In this document: piece by piece, positions 37,375 to 38,360 of the stretch
How positions within the stretch are numbered: position 1 is the first letter of the stretch
Layout of the letters: each line of letters opens with the position of its first letter
Assembly: GCA_048938025.1 (NCBI GenBank)
Contig: JBHLMP010000036.1
Span: 1-38,360 of the forward strand
Direction: 5' to 3'
Length of the DNA stretch: 38,360 nt
DNA from: Promethearchaeota archaeon
GTDB lineage: Archaea; Asgardarchaeota; Lokiarchaeia; Sigyniarchaeales; SOKP01
The notes under the pieces: generated by a model
Told to the model about the DNA's origin: nothing
Database searches by the model: none
What the model saw: only the letters and a program-made list of their open reading frames with translations
Position numbers and translations under genes: made by a program

Positions 37375-38325
37375 ATGGACAAAAATCTTGATCCATGGTC
37401 AAAAAGGATATGGTATGTAGAATGTCTAGTTCTTTTTTTATTGGTTTGGCTATTAACTCTAAATCCTATAGTGATGCTCACACTTATGGTAATATCGATA
37501 ATCGCCACTGCAATTATTTCTATATACCTAAGAATTACAGAATCAACAGATATTAAACCAGAGCTACCTAATACCCTTACAACCCCCAATCAATCTTCAG
37601 TACAAAATTTAGAACCAAAGTATATTATAATTGAAGGAATGCAACATCGTGTAGGATCGAAATCCTTAAAATTATGTGGTAAAGGCATAAACAGTATTAC
37701 TGATATTCAAGGGCTAGATCATCTCTGGCGTGTAAGAAAGTTGGATCTTTCTCACAATCAAATAACAACTATGAAAGGAATTGAATATTTTCCAAATTTA
37801 AGAATACTAAAACTAAGTGATAATAAGATCCAAAAAATTGAAAACATTAGAACTTTTCAAAAATTGAAAAAATTAATCCTTGATAATAACCAATTAAAAG
37901 AACTTAATATGACAGATTTGCCTCACACAGTGACACATATTAACATAGCAAAGAATCCAATTGAGAAATTCCATATTTATTCGAAAGAAACTTATAAGAA
38001 AATCCACTTTGGACCAAAACAATGGTTTCCAAAACAAGAACTGAAAAGAATAAAGAAGATCATGCGGCGTCAGACCTACCATGAAATCAATGAAGCAGGA
38101 ATGAAAATTTTACTAGCTCTTGCAATATGGGCAGGGATAACTTTTGGAATTGCAAGCTTAATAACGTTGATAATTATTTTAGCAGTGATAAACTATCATC
38201 CAGATCCAGTAAAATTTGATTTCTGGGAAGTGCTTTTTACTGCAGAATGGTCGGCAATATTATTTATTGGAGCGGGTGTTTTAGCAGCTGTAGGTATGGT
38301 AGTACTTTATTATGAATTATATTAA
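37375..38325 (+). CDS. Membrane protein with SDS22-like leucine-rich repeats
   Basis: LDLSHNQI, LKLSDNKI, LILDNNQL, INIAKNPI; hydrophobic hairpins at both termini; abuts the previous gene (TAAATG). Confidence 0.85.
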   Translation: MDKNLDPWSKRIWYVECLVLFLLVWLLTLNPIVMLTLMVISIIATAIISIYLRITESTDIKPELPNTLTTPNQSSVQNLEPKYIIIEGMQHRVGSKSLKLCGKGINSITDIQGLDHLWRVRKLDLSHNQITTMKGIEYFPNLRILKLSDNKIQKIENIRTFQKLKKLILDNNQLKELNMTDLPHTVTHINIAKNPIEKFHIYSKETYKKIHFGPKQWFPKQELKRIKKIMRRQTYHEINEAGMKILLALAIWAGITFGIASLITLIIILAVINYHPDPVKFDFWEVLFTAEWSAILFIGAGVLAAVGMVVLYYELY

Positions 38326-38360
38326 ACCTTACTTAATCATTTATAAACAAAAAAAATGAA

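Noticed and set aside
3768-38082. Short overlapping ORFs in the track (e.g. 3768-4001, 6553-6738, 9510-9722, 12094-12318, 13117-13380, 15935-16132, 20494-20730, 20612-20818, 20966-21310, 21471-21731, 22587-22823, 26268-26480, 28519-28818, 29677-29952, 31236-31505, 31741-31929, 33030-33224, 33504-33722, 37188-37589, 37894-38082)
   Set aside because: They overlap well-supported genes in antisense or alternate frames and carry no recognisable motifs
1-38360. CRISPR arrays, tRNA/rRNA genes, integrases or transposases
   Set aside because: No regularly spaced repeats, no GC-rich structured RNA-like segments and no recombinase motifs seen by eye; small ncRNAs cannot be excluded without a covariance-model search

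Overview
AT-rich, gene-dense archaeal chromosomal segment. The gene content points to an Asgard archaeon, most likely Lokiarchaeia: an actin-family protein, a Rab-like small GTPase, three longin-like proteins, a JAMM/MPN+ protease and an archaeal DUF5814-type helicase. Housekeeping genes include comDE, a CaiB-family CoA-transferase, a polyprenyl synthase, guaB, purH, folD and an ABC exporter with two GbsR/MarR regulators. These are interleaved with several eukaryote-like or unusual proteins: (i) an actin homologue with a ~130-aa insertion carrying two Zn-ribbon (4x CxxC) modules and substitutions at the Q137/H161-equivalent sites; (ii) a 7-TM protein fused to a cytoplasmic longin-like domain, co-oriented with a wHTH regulator and divergent from an LVIVD surface protein and a membrane LRR protein; (iii) a 912-aa HEAT plus tandem winged-helix protein reminiscent of UFL1/DDRGK1/PCI repeats; (iv) an SSUH2-like CxxCxGxG protein; (v) a DRG-type GTPase with degenerate G motifs flanked by longin genes. 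Manual reading added four items absent from the ORF track: a truncated JAMM gene, two small ORFs and a probable gamma-glutamyltransferase 5' remnant. No rRNA, tRNA, CRISPR array or transposase was recognised. All family assignments are by eye from motifs, with no database search.
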